Shown here: positions 63,174 through 64,000 of the stretch, one piece after another
Layout: the number at the start of each line of letters is the position of its first letter
Position numbering within the stretch: position 1 is the first letter of the stretch
From: Candidatus Poribacteria bacterium
Lineage (GTDB): Bacteria; Poribacteria; WGA-4E; PCPOR2b
Assembly: GCA_965247655.1 (NCBI GenBank)
Contig: OZ252032.1
Location: forward strand, 3,717,888-3,781,887
Reading direction: 5' to 3'
DNA length: 64,000 bases
Notes under the pieces: generated by a model
Seen by the model: only the letters and a program-made list of their open reading frames with translations
What the model was told of the DNA's origin: nothing
Databases searched by the model: none
Program-made: the position numbers and the translations under genes

Positions 63174-63992
63174 TTAGTCTATCGTCAGTGTAACTGTATC
63201 CTGTTTGGCAATCTCCTTAATATCCGTATAAAACGCAGGCTCAGTTAGCTCTCGCGTCTCCGGCGACAGTCTCGCGAGTACCTCCTCGGGAACCGGATTC
63301 GTGTCCCCCGACGCATCCTGAAAGTACTGGGTTTTGTACCGTAGGATTAGGAAGCGCCGATCTCGATCAGTTGGCTTCCAGACCAATACCCCATGCGTGA
63401 GCAGTTCCGAAATCAGCACCACATCGCCGGCGCGAGGTGTAATATTTGTCATTGCTGGATGCAGTTCAGGATCGGGGTCATCAAGATCTGGGAAAAACAG
63501 ACCATCCGGACGCTCAAATTCGCTTTTGTGAGACCCCGGAATCACAACCAATCCACCGTCGCCAGGGTAAACATCAGTAAAATAGAAGAAAGCCACAAGA
63601 TCATTGGCAAAAACCTGCCCATCCTTAACCTCATAGCGCCGGGTGATCCAACCGAGGTCTTCCCGAGCGCAATGGAAGGGGGTTAGCTGGCACTTTTCGT
63701 GTGTATTGATAGCGAGGGTACCGCGGTTCAGACGGGGTTTTCCGTCGGTCAGTTCTTTGATGAGGGGCCAAGTCACCGGATGGAGCGTCAAAGCCTCTAA
63801 CGCCTTATCGAACGAAAAGCCGTACGAAAAACCCTCTCCGTTCCTGTCAATGCCGGGCGGCAACTGATCCGACGGCGTCTGACGACACCGCTCGATGGCT
63901 GCTTGGGTATTTCGCAGCTCTTCAGGACTGAGAACGTTCTTCAGGTGAAGATAACCTGTGACATCAAAGAGATACTTCTGTTTGGGTGTCAT
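63174..63992 (-). CDS. Phytanoyl-CoA dioxygenase (PhyH) family Fe(II)/2OG oxygenase
   Basis: FDVTGYLHLKNVLSPEEL N-terminus and a VVIPGSHK block. Confidence 0.75.
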   Translation of the reverse strand: MTPKQKYLFDVTGYLHLKNVLSPEELRNTQAAIERCRQTPSDQLPPGIDRNGEGFSYGFSFDKALEALTLHPVTWPLIKELTDGKPRLNRGTLAINTHEKCQLTPFHCAREDLGWITRRYEVKDGQVFANDLVAFFYFTDVYPGDGGLVVIPGSHKSEFERPDGLFFPDLDDPDPELHPAMTNITPRAGDVVLISELLTHGVLVWKPTDRDRRFLILRYKTQYFQDASGDTNPVPEEVLARLSPETRELTEPAFYTDIKEIAKQDTVTLTID

Positions 63993-64000
63993 TGAGAGCC

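Noticed and set aside
1-64000. The many 60-160-aa ORFs antisense to, or overlapping, the large genes. Examples are 1587..1898, 2263..2724, 16913..17383, 26778..27239, 43059..43505 and 61219..61848.
   Set aside because: They overlap longer ORFs that carry clear family motifs, lack RBSs, and have Arg/Ser/Pro-rich composition typical of off-frame translation of ~50% GC coding DNA.

Overview
This is a 64-kb chromosomal segment of about 50% GC from a diderm-type bacterium, as shown by an Omp85/BamA-like protein, a TonB-dependent receptor and a lipoprotein. I support about 52 protein-coding genes, mostly on the minus strand.

Gene content:
- Housekeeping blocks: tyrA-cmk-plsC, dapB, lepA-lepB, pyrF, ddl, aspS and hisS.
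- Catabolic and oxidoreductase genes interleaved with these: formamidase, SDRs, a UxuA-like dehydratase, a form-II-type coxSLM, aldo/keto reductases, Gfo/Idh/MocA, a xylose-isomerase-like TIM barrel, an enolase-superfamily dehydratase, and PhyH/TauD oxygenases.
- Many repeat-domain proteins: PD40, NHL, ankyrin and TPR.
- I recognised no rRNA, tRNA, CRISPR array, transposase, integrase or phage gene.

Main observations:
1. Almost every larger intergenic gap is filled by one family of modular, hairpin-rich, MITE-like repeats bounded by terminal inverted repeats (TIRs, core AAGTTGC / GCAACTT). Several copies are flanked by copy-specific direct repeats. Modules are nested inside each other's loops. 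One module is translated as the C-terminal tail of an ABC ATPase. Others split the lepA-lepB and hisS-aspS pairs.
2. Three adjacent ECF-type sigma factors are all fused to long C-terminal extensions, with no separate anti-sigma gene. Two are tandem paralogs with a transmembrane helix and an extracytoplasmic domain. The third carries about 550 aa of ankyrin repeats.
3. A markedly AT-rich DNA-methyltransferase-like gene has no visible nuclease partner. It is translationally coupled to a second SAM methyltransferase and sits 17 bp downstream of a membrane sensor PP2C phosphatase.
4. A small two-gene cassette has a second gene interrupted by an in-frame amber codon.

The repeat-protein richness and sugar-acid metabolism are reminiscent of host-associated (for example sponge-symbiont) genomes. 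That is speculation I cannot test here. All family assignments come from motif recognition by eye; no searches were run.
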